Source: Malacoraja senta | Taxonomy: Eukaryota | Assembly: GCA_038087875.1 (NCBI GenBank) | Contig: CM075991.1 | Coordinates: 13,704,001 to 13,768,000 of the forward strand | Direction: 5' to 3' | Length of the DNA stretch: 64,000 bases | Shown: positions 47,976 to 62,134 of the stretch, in pieces | Position numbering within the stretch: position 1 is the stretch's first letter | How the letters are laid out: every line of letters begins with the position of its first letter | Notes under the pieces: generated by a model | What the model saw: only the letters and a program-made list of their open reading frames with translations | Told to the model about the DNA's origin: nothing | Databases searched by the model: none | Translations under genes and position numbers: made by a program

Positions 47976-49009
47976 CTGTAAACAAGAAGAGAAGGGCGGA
48001 GAGGGTGGGGGGGGGGTGTACACACGACAATGAGAAAGGAGATGGAACCGGGGAAGTTTGAGCCGTCCCCACTAGACTAGTCCCCATCCTACACACACTG
48101 GGGACAATCTACAGACGCCCAGAAACTTGCGCTTCTTTGGAGGAAACCGGAGCACCCCTGGAGAAAGCCCACGCAGGTGGCGGGGAGAACGCGCAAACTC
48201 AACACCGGCAGTACCCGCGCAGAAAGGAGATGCCCCCTCAATCCATCACCTTCTCCCACTGGGACAGGCATGTCCACACAGCCCAGAGCGGACAACAGGC
48301 TTGGCCAAGGACGGGTCGCCGAGAGGCGGTGGGGGCCACCTCACTGAGAACAAAGAGGGGCCCGGTCGGTGGTGGGAGGGGGGGGCTGAGAATCAAGTGG
48401 CACCCGGCACGGGGGGGGGGGCTGATTTACTGTGAATAAACAGGGACCCGGCGCGAGGGGGGGCCCCACTGCGAACAAGGGGGACAAGGGAGGTCGCAGC
48501 AGGGGAGAGACCACCGAGAACAAAGAGAGGCCCAGACTGGGGGAGCTGCCGAGAGCAAAGAGGGACCCTAATGTGTACTTTTGTAGCTTTGTCGATCCCA
48601 GAAACGTGGCTGTCCGCTCGAACGAACCATTTCACTAGACCTGGGTACAGTATTGGTCAATAAAGTATCATTGAATTATCATCATCTCTCCGCCATCGAT
48701 CTTCAGCCCCCCCCCCCACCCCCCACACACCAAAAAAATGTTACAAAACAATTTTGAAGCTCTTATGCAGATCAGTACAGCACAGGAGCAGGTCATTCGG
48801 CCCACAATGTCCATGCTGAACACGATGCCGAGTTAAACTGTTCTCCTCTGCCTGCACGTGATCCATACACGTCCGCTCCTCACATATCCATGCGCCCGTC
48901 TAAACGCCTCTTCAGCACCACAATTCTCCGACAATTCCGGTTTCCTCCCACAGACGTTCAGATTTGTAGGTTAATTGGCTTGGTGTATATGTTAAAAATA
49001 TTCTATGAC

Positions 49010-50281
49010 TGTGGCCCCTGGTTCTGGACTCGCCCAACATTGGGAACATTGTTCCTGCATCTAGCTTGTCCAGACAGTCCTTTTATAATTTTATATGTTT
49101 CTATAAGATCTCCCCTCATCCTTCTAAACTATAGTGAATACAAGCCTAGTCTTTTCAATCTTTCCTCATATGACAGTCCCGCCATCCCAGGGATCAATCT
49201 CGTGAACCTACGCTGCACTGCCTCAATCACAAGGATGTCCTTCCTCAAATTAGGAGACCAAAACTGTACACAATACTCCAGATGTGGTCTTACCAGAGCC
49301 CTATGCAACTGCAGAAGAACCTCTCTACTACTATACTGAAATCCTCTTGTTATGAAGGCCAACATTCCATTAGCTTTCTTCACTGCCTGCTGTACCTGCA
49401 CGCCAACTATCAGTGTCCGGTGTACAAAGACACCCAGGTCTCGCTGTACATCCCCCTTACCTAACCTAACCCCACTGAGATAATAGGTGCAGGAGTAGGC
49501 CATTCGGCCCTTCGAGCTAGCACCACCATTCAATGTGATCATGGCTGATCATCCCCAATCAGTAACCCGTTCCTGCCTTCTCCCCATATCCCCTGACTCC
49601 GCTATCTTTAAGAGCCCTATCTAGCTCTCTCTTGTAAGTATCCAGAGAACCGGCCTCCACCGCCCACTGAGGCAGAGATTTCCACAGACTCAAACTCTCT
49701 GTGAGAAAAAGTGTTTCTTCGTCTCCGTTCTAAATGGCTTACCCCTTATTCTTAAACTGTGGCACCTGGTTCTGGACTCCCCCAACATCGGGAACATTTT
49801 TCCTGCCTCTAGCGTGTCCAAACCCTTAACAATCTTATATGTTTCAATAAGATACCCTCTCATCCTTCTAAACTCCAGAGTGTACAAGCGCAGCCACTCC
49901 ATTCTCTCAGCATATGACAGTTCCGCCATCCCGGGAATTAACCTTGTAAACCTACGCTGCACTCCCTCAATAGCAAGAATGTCCTTCCTCAAATTAGGGG
50001 ACCAAAACTGCACACAATACTCCATGTGTGGTCTCACTAGGGCTCTGTACAACTGCAGAAGGACCTGTTTGCTCCTATACTCGACTCCCCTTGTTATAAA
50101 AGCCAACATGCCATTCGCTTTCTTCACTGCCTGCTGTACCTGCATGCTTACTTTCATAGACTGATGAACAAGGACCACCAAATCCTGTTGTACTTCCCCT
50201 TTTCCCAACTTGATGCTATTTAGATAGTGATCTGCCTTCCTGTTTTTGCTACCAAAGTGGATAACCTCACACTTATCCACA
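49010..50281 (-). mobile_element. Two adjacent CR1/HER1-like LINE fragments
   Basis: ORFs 49129..49542 and 49690..50280 carry RPH(L/M)EYCVQFWSP motifs. Confidence 0.9.
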
Positions 50282-50291
50282 TTTCCTTGTG

Positions 50292-51017
50292 TCAGAAGGA
50301 ACTGCAGATGCTGGAAAAATCAAGGTAGACAAAAATGCTGGAGAAACTCAGCGGGTGAGGAAGCAACTATGGAGCGAAGGAATAGGTGATGTTTCGTGTC
50401 GAGACCCTTCTTCAGACTGCTGTGGGGAGGCGGGAAGAAGAAAGGAAGAGGCGGAGACAGTGGGCTGTGGGAGAGCTGGGAAGGGGAGGGGAAAGAGGGA
50501 GAAAGCAAGGACTACCTGAAATTGGAGAAGTCAATGTTCATACCGCTGGGGTGTAGACTACCCAAGCGAAATATGAGGTGCTGCTCCTCCAATTTACAGT
50601 GGGACTGACCCTGGCCATGGAGGAGGCCCAGGACAGAAAGGTCGGATTCGGAATGGGAGGGGGAGTTGAAGTGCTGAGCCACCGGGAGATCAGGTTGGCT
50701 AATGCGAACAGAGCAGAGGTGTTGGGCGATGCGATCCCCAAGCCTACGCTTGGTCTCACCGATGTAGAGCAGCTGACACCTAGAGCAGCGGATGCAATAG
50801 CTGAGGTTGGAGGAGGTGCAGGTGAACCTCTGCCGCACCTGGAAAGACTGTTTAGGTCCTTGGATGGAGTCAAGGGGGGTGATAAAGCGACAAGCATTTC
50901 CTGCGGTTGCAAGGGAAAGTACCAGTGGAGGGGGTGGTTTGGGTGGGAAGGGACGAATGGACCAGGGGGTTACGGAGGGAGCAGTCTCTGCGGAAAACCA
51001 AAAGGGGACGAGATGGG
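50292..51017 (-). mobile_element. Penelope-like 3' fragment
   Basis: GIY-YIG motif in ORF 50512..50838 and a terminal repeat with hammerhead-like core. Confidence 0.88.
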
Positions 51018-51019
51018 AA

Positions 51020-52165
51020 TCTGAATTATGTCAGATTAGAAAAAGGGGCGGTGGAACGAGACCTGGGTGTCCTTGTTCATCAGTCACTGAAAGTAAACAT
51101 GCAGGTACAGCAGGCAGTGAAGAAAGCTATTGGCATGTTGGCGTTCATAGTGAGAGGATTTGAGTTTAGGAGCAAGGAGGTCCTACTGCAGTTGTACAGG
51201 GCCTTGGTGAGACCACACCTGGAGTATTGTGTGCAGGTTTGGTCTCCTAATTTGAGAACGGACATTCTTGCTATTGAGGGAGTGCAGCGTTGGTTCACCG
51301 GGTTAACTCCCAGGTTGGCGGGACTGACAAATGTCCATGAAAGCTTGTTTGTATTCACTTGAATTTAGAAGGATGAGAGGGGATCGTATAGAAACATACA
51401 ACATTCTTAAAGGATTGGACAGGCTAGATGCAGAAATAATTGTTCCTCGATGTTGGGAGAATACAGAACCAGGGGTCACAGTTGAAGAATAAGGGGTAGG
51501 CCATTTAGAACAGATGAGGAAATACCTTTTCACCAAGAGAGTTGTGAATCTGTGGAATTCTCTGCCACAGAAGGCAGTGGAGGCCAATTCACTGGATGTT
51601 TCAAGAGAGAGTTAGACATAGCTCTTAGGGCTAACGGAATCGAGGGTTATGGGTAGAATGCAGGAACAGGGTATTGATTTAGGATTATCAGCCATGATCA
51701 TATTGAATGGCGGTGCTGTCAGGGGCGAATGGCCTACTCCTGTATGTTTCTATGTTTCTATGCTAGCTTTCATAGGTCAGTGCGTTGAGTATAAGGGTCA
51801 GGAAGTCATGATGCTACTTTATAGAAGGCATTTGGAGAATTATGTGCAGTTCTGGTCACCCCATTACAGGAAGGGAGTGTAGGCTTTGGAGAGGGTGCAG
51901 AGGTTTACCAGGATGCAGGCTGGATTAGGGGGGTTTTAGCTACAGGGAGAGGTTAGATTGTTTTCTCTTGAATGCTAGAGGTTGTTGGGTATATAATGAT
52001 GAGAGGCAGAGATAAGGTAGACAGTCAGAACCTTTTCCACCAGGGTGCAAATCTCAAAGACTAGAGGGCATTACTTTAAGGTAAGAGGGTTAAAGTTTAA
52101 AAGAGTTATGAGGAACAATGCTTTTTTTATACAGAGGGTGGTGGGTGCCTGGAACAACCTGGAAT
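51020..52165 (+). mobile_element. CR1-type LINE fragments (two subfamilies)
   Basis: ERDLGVLVH..RPHLEYCVQVWSP. A second, more divergent copy starts at ~51760. Confidence 0.82.
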
Positions 52166-52419
52166 TTAGACTTATCTATACTCCCAAGCCTTTCCTGACA
52201 TCCTCTGAGTGAGGGCTACATGTATATATGTATGTAGTTTGTTTTGTTGTGCTATTCTTATAACAAATGTAAAGCACTTCGGCCAATGAGAGTTGTTTTT
52301 TAAATGTGCTATATAAATAAATGTGACTTGACTTGACTTGGAATTGTAGAGGCAGATATGATAGTGGCGTTTTAGAGGTTTTAGGACAGGCAAACGTATA
52401 GTGCTTTCCATGAGGGCTT

Positions 52420-52910
52420 TGAGGGAATGGAAAGCCCTCAATAACATGGGAAAAATCTGGACGTCTCGGATGTCTATGGGTCTCAAACTGAGATTGTTCC
52501 ATGCAACTGTAGAGACCACATTATTGTACGGGTGTGAGGCATGGACTCTCACTCGAGCACTGTCCAAATCTCTCGATAGTACCTACACCCGAATGCTCGG
52601 AAACGTTCAAAATGTCAGTTGGAGGGACCACATTTCCAACGCCCAGCTCTATGGGGAGATTCCACCGCTGACCGAGAAGATCAGGTGGAGAAGGATGAGG
52701 CTCGCTGGTCACTGCCACCGCCACCCAGAAATGCCAGCAAACAAGGTTGTGCTGTGGGAACCCACCCATGGTAGACATGACCTGAGACGGCCACCGCTGA
52801 AGACGGGGATGGAAGACGCATGTGTAGAGCTTGCCAGCTGCAAGGAGGACAGAGATGTGTGGTGCGTCCGTCACCGTGCCCGTCGGAAACCAGCACCACT
52901 GCGTCGCTAA
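52420..52910 (+). mobile_element. RTE-group LINE C-terminal fragment
   Basis: KIWTS.....KLRLFHATVETTLLYGCEAWTLT...RMRLAGHCHRH, with a (TAA)n tail at ~52930. Confidence 0.75.
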
Positions 52911-53209
52911 TGTTTTCAACGATTTAATAAATAATAATAAAAATGTAATAGGCAGGGAATGGAAGGATATGGATTAAACACAGGTCGATAAGAGTTGGTT
53001 TTGGCATCATGTGCAGCACAGATACCATGGGCCAAAGGGCCTGTTCTTGTGCTATACTGTTCTATGCTCCATGTCTGTCTCCTGTTCATTCCTTCCACAG
53101 ATGCTGCCTGACCCGATGAATTCCTCCAGCATTTTTGCCTTTGGCTCAAAATTCCAGCATCTGCAGTTCCTTGCGTCTCCTGCTCCCGACTCTGCCGCAC
53201 AAGACAGTA

Positions 53210-53500
53210 CAATGGCGCAGCGGTAGAGTTGCTGCCTCACAGCGCCAGAGACCCGGGTTCAATCCTGACTATGGGTGCTGTCTGTACGGAGTTTCTCCCT
53301 GCGACTGCGTGGGTTTTCTCTGGGTGCTCAAGTTTCCTCCCACCCTCCAAAGACGTGCAGATTTGCAGGTTAATTGTTTTCTGTAAATTGTAAATTGTCC
53401 CTAGTGTGTAGGATAGTGCTAGTGCACGGGGTGATCGCTGATCGGCATGGACGCGGTGGGCCGAAGGGCCTGTTTCCGCGCTGTATCTCTATAGTCTGAA
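53210..53500 (+). mobile_element. HE1/V-SINE-like element
   Basis: A box TGGCGCAGCGG, B box GGTTCAATCC, conserved core and tail. Confidence 0.85.
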
Positions 53501-54205
53501 GTAAAGTCTAAAGTAAAGTTACTGTGTCAGTGTTCCATGCAAAGATATTCAAGCAGAATGGATAGGAAAGGTTTAGAAGGATCCGGGCCGAATGTGGGCA
53601 AGCAGGGCTAGAGTGTAGATGGGACATCTTGGTCTGCATGGGCAAGTTGGGCTGAAGGGCCTGTTTCCATGCTGTATAATAATATAATGAAGCAAACTGC
53701 AGCTGTGCAGGGTCTGCAGAAGCGGGGTGGATGTTTAGGCCGAGAGGCAATGATGTTTATGGTTTATTCCCCCAAGTCCCATTAAAAAACTAATTTAAAC
53801 ATTATTTTGGCAGGGTGCAGGTAAAAACAGCAGTAAAATAAAAACCGCAGAAACTTCAAAAGGCCTGGAATAAATAAAGCAAGGCCCATCCAGACACACA
53901 CACACACACACGGGATGTGTATGAGGCAATTCACGTTTATAAATCACCTTTCCATCACCACACTCACTGCTTATCCACCTGTCGTGCTGTAGAAGCAGGC
54001 AATAATACACTATGTTGTGCTATCCTTATTGTAACTCCCATGTGAAGCGGTGTTTTCAATAACTAGTGGTCTGGAGGCAAATGGATCCATGTGCAGGCAG
54101 ATGAGATCAGTTTAGCTTGTCATCGAGGTCCAGTACAGACATTGTGGGCTGAAGGGCCTGTTCCTGTGCTGCACTGTTCAATGCTCTATGTGCAGAGGTA
54201 CCTAC

Positions 54206-54289
54206 TGTGGCATTGCTTGGAATCTTCTGTAGCTTAATCGCCTGGTTGACTGCCTTTATCCAGCTGTCCATCTCCGCGGGACTGTCGGC
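54206..54289 (-). CDS. PLEKHA2: PLEKHA2 exon: end of second PH domain
   Basis: aaacag|GCC GAC AGT...ACA|gtagg, encoding ADSPAEMDSWIKAV. Donor position is slightly uncertain. Confidence 0.82.
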
Positions 54290-54533
54290 CTGTTTAAACA
54301 AAGCACAAGACGACCATCATATTAGTTTCAACTGAAGGTAGACACAAAATGCTGGAGTCACTCAGCGGGACAGGCAGCATCTCTGGAGAGAAGGAATGGG
54401 TGACGTTTCGGGTCGAGACATATTAGATTCTATGCGTCCTGTACTTAATCAGAGATTGTACTTATGTATGGAAATATTCTCACTGATCTGTATGCAAAAA
54501 AAGAAATTTCAATGTACCGATAGGATACGTTTA

Positions 54534-55011
54534 AGGGGCTGTCCCACTTGGGCGACCTAATCTGCGAGTTCTGGCGAGTTTGCCCTCGACTCATACTCAC
54601 AGCATGGTCGACCCGAGGTCGTAGGAGGTCTTCCTAACTCTCATTCATGCTTGAGAGTGGTCTCCGCATGTTGAAAAATGCCCGCAGGTAAAAAAAGGTC
54701 GCTATGGAAAAAACGGATACTTTTTTTACTCTTAGGTTTAGTCGTAGTAGGTCGGCATGTAGTCGTAGGTAATCAAGGGTAATCGAAGGTAGTCGTAGAT
54801 AGTCTTCATCATAGTCGAAGGGAGGTCAAAGGAGATCGAAGGAGATCGTCTTCACTCTCCACTATTCGGTGTCCAATTTTCTTGAAGTTAGTCGTAGCTA
54901 GTCGTAGCTAGTTGAAGCTGGTCTTCAACATAGTCGAAGGAGGTCTTCAACATGACATTTTTTCAAACTCTTCGAAAGTTGCCAATTAGGTCGCCAAGTG
55001 GGACAGCCCCT
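54534..55011. mobile_element. Non-autonomous PIF/Harbinger-type MITE (478 bp)
   Basis: TIR AGGGGCTGTCCCACTTGG(G)CGACCTAAT at both ends, flanked by a TTA/TTA 3-bp TSD. Internal AGTCG(T/A)AG repeats. Confidence 0.85.
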
Positions 55012-55034
55012 TTAGGGGTAATGTGTAGGAAGGA

Positions 55035-57885
55035 ACATAGAAACATAGAAAATAGGTGCAGGAGTAGGCCATTCGGCACTTCGAGCCTGCACCGCCATTC
55101 AATATGATCATGGCTGATCATCTAACTCAGTATCCTGTACCTGACTTCTCTCCATACCCCCTGATCCCTTTAGCCACAAGGGCCACATCTAACTCCCTCT
55201 TAAATATAGCCGATCAACTGGCCTCAACTACTTTCTGTCGGGGAAAAACCCACAGATTCACCACCTTCATTGTGAAAAAAAAATGTCTCATCTCGGTCCT
55301 AAAATACTTCCCTCTTATCCTTAAACTGTGACCCCTTGTTCTGGACTTCCCCAACATCAACAAACTTCTTGCATCTAGCCTGTCCAACCCCTTAAGATTT
55401 TTGTACATTTCTATAAGATCCCCCCTCAATCTTCTAAATTCCAGCGTGTACAAGCCGGGTCTATCCAGTCTTTCTTCATATGAAAGTCCTGCCATCCCAG
55501 GAATCAGTCTGGTGAACCTTCTCTGTACTCCCTCTATGGCAAGAATGTATTTCCTCAGATTAGGAGACCAAAACAGTACGCAGTCCTCCAGGTGTGGTCT
55601 CACCAAGGCCCTGTACAACTGCAGTAGAACCTCCCTGCTCCTATACTCAAATCCTTTTGCTAAGAATGCTAACATACTATTCACTTTCTTCACTGCCTGC
55701 TGCACCTGCATGCCTACTTTCAATGTCTGGTGTACCATGACACCTAGGTCTCGTTGCATCTCCCCTTTTCCTAATCGGCCGCCATTCAGATAATAATCTA
55801 CTTTCCTGTTCTTGCCACCAAAGTGGATAACCTCATATTTATCCACATTTAAGCTGCATTTGCCATGCATTTGCCCACTCACCCAACCTATCCAAGTCAC
55901 CTTGCAGCCTCCTAGCATCCTCCTCACAGCTAACACTGCCCCCCAGCTTTGAGTCATCCGCAAACTTGGAGATGTTGCATTCAATTACCTCGTCCAAATC
56001 ATTAATATAAATTGTAAATAGCTGGGGTCCCAGCACTGAGCCTTGCGGTACCCCACTAGTCACTGCGTGCCATTCTGAAAAGGACCCGTTTACTCCTACT
56101 CTTTGCTTCCTGTCTGCCAGCCAGTTCTCTATCCACATCAATACTGAACCCCCAATACCGTGTGCTTTAAGTTTGCATACTAATCTCTTATGTGGGACCT
56201 TGTCGAAAGCCTTCTGAAAGTCCAGATATAACACATCCACTGGTTCTCCCTTATCCACTCTAGTAGTTATATCCTCAAAAAATTCTATAAGATTCGTCAG
56301 ACATGATTTACCTTTCATAAATCCATGCTGACTTTGTCCAATGATTTCACCACTTTCCAAATGTGCTGCTACCCCATCTTTAATAACTGACTCTAGCATT
56401 TTCCCCACTCCCGATGCTAGACTAACTGGTCTGTAATTCCCCGTTTTCTCTCTCCCTCCCTTTTTAGAAAGTGGGGTTACATTAGCTACCCTCCAATCCT
56501 CAGGAACTACTCCAGAATCTAAAGAGTTTTGAAAAATTATCACTAATGCATTCACTATTTCTGGGGCTACTTCCTTAAGCACTCCAGGATGCAGCCTATC
56601 TGGCCCTGGGGATTTATCGGCCTTTAATCCATTCAATTTACCTAACACTACTTCCCTGGATTTCTCTCAGTTCCTCCATCTAATTTCCCTTTCCTAATTA
56701 AGCCCTTTGTCCTCCTCTGCTGGACTCTGAATTTCTCCCAGTCCTCTGGTAGGCTGCTTTTTCTTGCTAATTTGCATGCTTCATCTTTTGTTTTGATACT
56801 ATCCCTGATTTCCCTTGTTTTCCACGGATGCACTACCTTCCCTGATTTATTATTTTGCCAAACTGGGATGAACAATTGTTGTAGTTCATACATGCAGTCT
56901 TTAAATGCCTTCCATTGCATATCCACCGTCAACCCTTTAAGAATCAATTGCCAGTCTATCTTGGCCAATTCATGTCTCATACCCTCAAAGTTACCTTTCG
57001 TTAAGTTCAGAACCCTTCTTTCTGAATTAACTATGTCACTCTCCATCCTAATGAAGAACTCATCCATATTATGGTCACTCTTGCCCATGGGGCCACGCAC
57101 AACAAGACTGCTAGCTAACTCATTACTCAATACCCAGTCTAGAATAGCCTGCTCTCTACATGTTGGTTTGGAAAACTATCTGGTTCCTCTACATGTTGGT
57201 TTGGAAAACTATCCCGCATACATTCCAAGAAATCCTCTTCCTCAGCACCCCTGCCAATTTGATTCACCCTATCTATATGTAGATTGAAGTCACCCATTAT
57301 AACAGTTTTACCTTTGTTGCACGCATTTCTAATTTCCTGTTTGATGCCATCCCCAACTCCACTACTACTGTTAGATGGCCTGTACACAACTCGCACTAGC
57401 GTTTTCTACCCCTTAGTGTTTTGCAGCTCTACCCATATCGATTCCACATCCTCCGGGCTAATGTCCTTCCTTTCTATTGCGTTAATCTCCTCTCTGACCA
57501 GCATCGCTACCCCACCTTTCTGTCTATCCCTCCTGAATATTGAATATCCCTGGATGTTCAGCTCCCAGCCTTGGTCACCCTGGAGCCATGTCTCCGTGAT
57601 CCCAACTATATCATATTCATTAATAACTAACTGCACATTCAACTCATCCACCTTATTACGAATGCTCCTTGCATTGAGACAAAGCCTTCAGGCTTGTTTT
57701 TACAACACTCTTACCCCTTATACAATTATGTTGAAAAGTTGCCCTTTTTGATTTTTGCCCTGGATTTGTCTGCCTGCCACTTTTACTTTTCACCTTGCTT
57801 CCTATTGCTTCTACCCTCATTTTACACCCCTCTGTCTCTCTGCTCATGCTCCCATCCCCCTGCCACATTAGTTTAAATCCTCCTC
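55035..57885 (-). mobile_element. Long CR1/HER1-like LINE (EN plus RT) with an internal deletion near 56660
   Basis: Highly similar to 26680-29890. The segment equivalent to ~28340-28570 is missing. Confidence 0.93.
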
Positions 57886-58544
57886 GACAGAGCTGCAGAT
57901 GCAGGTTTAAACCGAAGGTAGATAGACACAAAAAGGTGGAGTAACTCAGCAGGTTGGACAGCGTCTCTGGAGAAAAGGAATAGGTGGCTTTTCAAGTCGA
58001 GACCCTTCTTCAGACGGAGTGGAGAGGGGAACAAGAGATATACACAGTGATATAGAGAGATTTAGAATGAAAGATATGCAAAATTGTAACGATGATAAAG
58101 GAAACAGTCCATTGTTAGCTGTGGGCTAGGTGAAAACCAGTTACAGACAGTGAAGCTCAACAGGATGACTTTGATGCTATCACAAGGCTTGGGTGGGGAG
58201 GGATGGAGCGAGAGAGGATGCAAGGATTACTCGAAGTTAGAGAAATCAACATTCATACCGAAGATGGACACACCGCTGGGTTGTAAGCTGCTCGTTTAAT
58301 TTAAAGATACAGAGCAGAAACAGGCCCTTTGGCCCACCAATTCTGCGCTGACCATCCTACACGCATTTGGGACAATTTATAATTTTGCCGAGCCAACCTG
58401 TACAATTTTTAAGCGTGGGAAGAAACTGGAGCACCCGGAGAAAACCCACGCAGATCTCGGGAGAAAGAACAAACTCCGTACAGACAGCATCCAAAGTCAG
58501 GATCCTTTCACCCTCCAAGGCTTGCTTGGAAAATCGAGGCTCTC

Positions 58545-58848
58545 ACAGCGGTAGAGTTGCTGCCTCACGGTGCCAGAGAACCGTGTTCGCTCCTGACTAC
58601 GGGTGCTGTCTGTACGGAGTTCGTTCGTCCTCTCTGTGACTTGTGTGGGTTTCCTCTGGGTGTTCTGGTTTCCTCCCACATTCCAAGTACATACAGGTTT
58701 GTAGGTTAATTGGCTTCTGGAATTTGTGTGTAAAATGTGAAAGTGGGATAACGAAGACCCAGTATACGGGCGAGCGATGGCCGGCGTGGACACGGTGGGC
58801 CGATGGGCCTGTTACCATGCTGTATCTCTAAACTAAACTAAACTAAAC
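58545..58848 (+). mobile_element. HE1/V-SINE-like element
   Basis: Same head, core and (TAAAC)n tail as the other copies. Confidence 0.8.
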
Positions 58849-59431
58849 AATCCTGCTGCTAAATTGCTGCTAAATGTGTCTTAATCCTTTAGCAGAGTCG
58901 AGTTTGAATGGTGCCATTATGCGATAGATTGGCCAAACTCCCAAAGATGGTTTGTTTTGGTTTTTTTGCACTATATTGAGTTTTTTATTTATAGAACTAA
59001 TTTTATTTACAGCACGGCGGAGTAGCAGTAGAGTTGCTGCCTTACAGTGCTTGCAGCGCCAGAGACCTGGGATCGATCCTGACTACGGGTACTGTCTGTA
59101 CTGAACAAGACATCTTTGAAGCTGGTACGACTTGGGTGGGGGAGGGACGGAGTCAGAGGGGATGGAAGGGTTACTTCTGTAACTTCAAGTAACCCCATTC
59201 TCTCGACTCGAAATGTCACCTATTCCTTTCCTCCAGAGATGTTGTCTGACCCGCTGAGTTACTCCATCTTTCTGTGTACATCTCTGGAAAGATTCAGCAT
59301 GGCTTTGCAGAATCCATTGCCCCCTGCTGTTGTACAGCAGTGCCGCCTGCTGGTGGCACGGTGATATTACAGACCATGTTCTGCAGGACTGCCTGTTGGC
59401 CACTGTGTGGCGCTGCCCTAAGCTGCCCACT

Positions 59432-60035
59432 TTCAGGTGAGGCAGAGGTTCACTTGCACCTCCTCCAACCTCATCTACTGTATCTGCTGTTCAAGATGTG
59501 GACTCTTATACATGGGCGAGACCAAACGCAGACTGGGCGATCGCTTTGCAGAACACCTTCGCTCAGCCCGCCTGAACCAACCTGATCTCCAGGTTGCTAA
59601 ACACTTTAATTCTCCTTCCCATTCCTACACAGACCTTTCTGTCCGAGGTCACCTCCATTGTCAGAGTGAGGCTGAACACAAATTGGAGGAACAGCATCTC
59701 ATATTTCGCTTGGGACGCTTACAGCCCAGTGGTATGAATATTGATTTCTCTCACTTCAGGTAGCCCCGGCATTCCCTCTCTCTCTATCCCTCCTCCACCC
59801 AAGTCACACCAGCTTCTCATTTTCACCTTACATACAGTTTTCTTTATCATCGTTAGTTTTTTGCATATCTTTCCTTCATTGTTCTTTATCTCTCCACATC
59901 ACCGTCTATATCTCTCGTTTCCCTTATCCCTGTCCAGGCTGAAGAAGGGTCTCGACCCGAAATGTCATCCATTCCTTCTCTCCGGAGATGCTGCCTGTCC
60001 CGCTGAGTTACTCCAGCTTTTTGCGTCTATCTTCA
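59432..60035 (+). mobile_element. Penelope-like 3' fragment with minimal hammerhead
   Basis: GIY-YIG ORF 59437..59763. CTGAAGAAGGGTCTCGACCCGAAATGTC at ~59939-59966. Confidence 0.88.
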
Positions 60036-60661
60036 CTTAATGATTAGTTATCCCTTCCTCACACAGCACGGAAACGGGCCCTTCAGCCCATCGAGTCCGT
60101 GCCGACCAGACATCACTCCGTACAATAACACTATCATACACACTAAGGACAGTTTACAATTTTATCAAAGCTAGTTAACATACAAACCTCTACATCTTTG
60201 GAGTGTGGGAGGAAACCCGAGCACCCGGAGAAAACCCAGGTGGTCACAGAGAGAACGTACAAACGCCACAGACAGCAACCGTAGTCAGGATCGAACTCAG
60301 GTCCAGGAACACCTGCTAGTGTTTGGCCCAAACCCCTCGAAACCTTTCCCATTGACGTACCTGTCTAAATGCTGTTCTAGTACCTGCCTCAACTACCTCC
60401 TCTGGCAGCTCGTTTCATATACCTATGACAGTTTAAATGTTGCCCCTCAGATCCCTATTCAATTTTGCCCTCTCACCTTAAACCTATGTCCTCTGGTTCT
60501 TGATGCCCCTATCCTAAGACTCTGTTCATTCATGCAGTCTATTCCCCTCATGATCTTATACACCTCTATATGATCCCTCCTCATCCTCCTGCACTCCACG
60601 GAATAAAGTCCCAGCCCGCCCGACCTCCCCCTACAGCCCAGACCCCCACGTCCCTTCAACA

Positions 60662-61300
60662 TTGCTAATGGAATGTTGGCCTTCATAACAAGAGGATTTC
60701 AGTATAGGAGTAAAGAGGTTCTTCTGCAGTTATATAGGGCTCTGGTGAGACCACATCTGGAGTATTGTGTACAGTTTTGGACTCCTAATTTGAGGAAGGA
60801 CAACCTTGTGATTGAGGCAGTGCAGCGTAGGTTCACGAGATTGATCCCTGGGATGGCGGGACTGTCATAGGAGGAAAGATTGAAAAGACTAGGCTTGTAT
60901 TCACTGGAGTTTAGAAGGATGAGGGGAAAATCTTATAGAAACATATAAAATTATAAAAGGACTGGACAAGCTAGATGCAGGAAAAATGTTCCCAATGTTG
61001 GGCGAGTCCAGAACCAGGGGCCACAGTCTTAGAATAAAGGGGAGGTCATTTAAGACTGAGGTGAGAAAAACGTTTTCATCCAGAGAGTTGTGAATTTATA
61101 GGAATTCCCTGCAACAGAGGGCAGTGGAGGCCAAGTCACTGGATGGATTTAAGAGAGAGTTAGATAGAGCTCTAGGGGCTAGTGGAGTCAAGGGATATGG
61201 GGAGAAGGCAGGCACAGGTTATTGATAGGGGACAATCAGCCATGGTCACAATGAAGGGCCAAATGGCCTCCTCCTGCACCTATTTTCTCTGTTTCTATGT
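60662..61300 (+). mobile_element. CR1/HER1-like 3' fragment
   Basis: MLAFITRGFQYRSKEVLLQLYRALVRPHLEYC. Confidence 0.9.
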
Positions 61301-61383
61301 TTCCATGTAACATTCCGGTAAATCTTCTCTGCACTCTTGGGTGCAAACAGAGTGAAATGTTTAACAATTTTTGACCGAATTAC

Positions 61384-61447
61384 CTGAATGTAGAATGTTC
61401 TAGTCGCTGTCACCAATTCAAATAAATTATCCCTCATCAGGGCTTGG
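61384..61447 (-). CDS. PLEKHA2: PLEKHA2 exon (second PH domain)
   Basis: ttgcctgcag|C CAA GCC CTG ATG AGG...CAG|gtaa, encoding LMRDNLFELVTATRTFYIQ, the TAPP1/2 C-terminal PH signature. Confidence 0.87.
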
Positions 61448-62134
61448 CTGCAGGCAAAAGAAACGACAAAATGAGTAATGGGTGCAGGACGAGAAACTGT
61501 GGGAAAGTCATAGAGTCACACAGCATGGAAACAGGCCCTTCGGCCCAACTTGTCCATCCTGACCAACATGTCACATCTACATTAGTCCCACCTGCCTGCG
61601 TTTGGCCCATATCCCTCTAAACATGACCTATCCATGCATCTGTCTAAATGTTTCTTAAACATGGCGAGAGCCCCTCCTCTAGAACTACCTCCTCCGGCAG
61701 CTCGTTCCATACACCCACCGCCCTTTGTGCAAAGAAGTTACCCCTATTAAATCTTTCCCCACCCACCTTAAGCCTTTGTCTTCTGTTCTCAATTCCCCTA
61801 CTGCGGGCAAAGACTGTATCTATGCCTCTCATGATCTTGTACACCTCTATAAGATCACCCTCATCCTCCTGCGCTCTGGAAAGGATTACAAGGTTCTTCT
61901 TACCTGCAGCTACAGTCCTGAGCTCTCTGAATGTCCTTTAGTGGGATTGCTCGTAAAGGTTCTTTTTCCTAAACAAAACCACAAACAGTTTTAAATTATT
62001 TAACTAAAAACCATCAGGAGGTTTAGTTTAATTTAGTTTCATGTTCATACCTCCTAGGAGCATAATTAGGCCATTCGGCCCATCACATCAACTCAGCCAT
62101 TCAATCACGGCTGATCTATTTTTTCATCTTAGGG

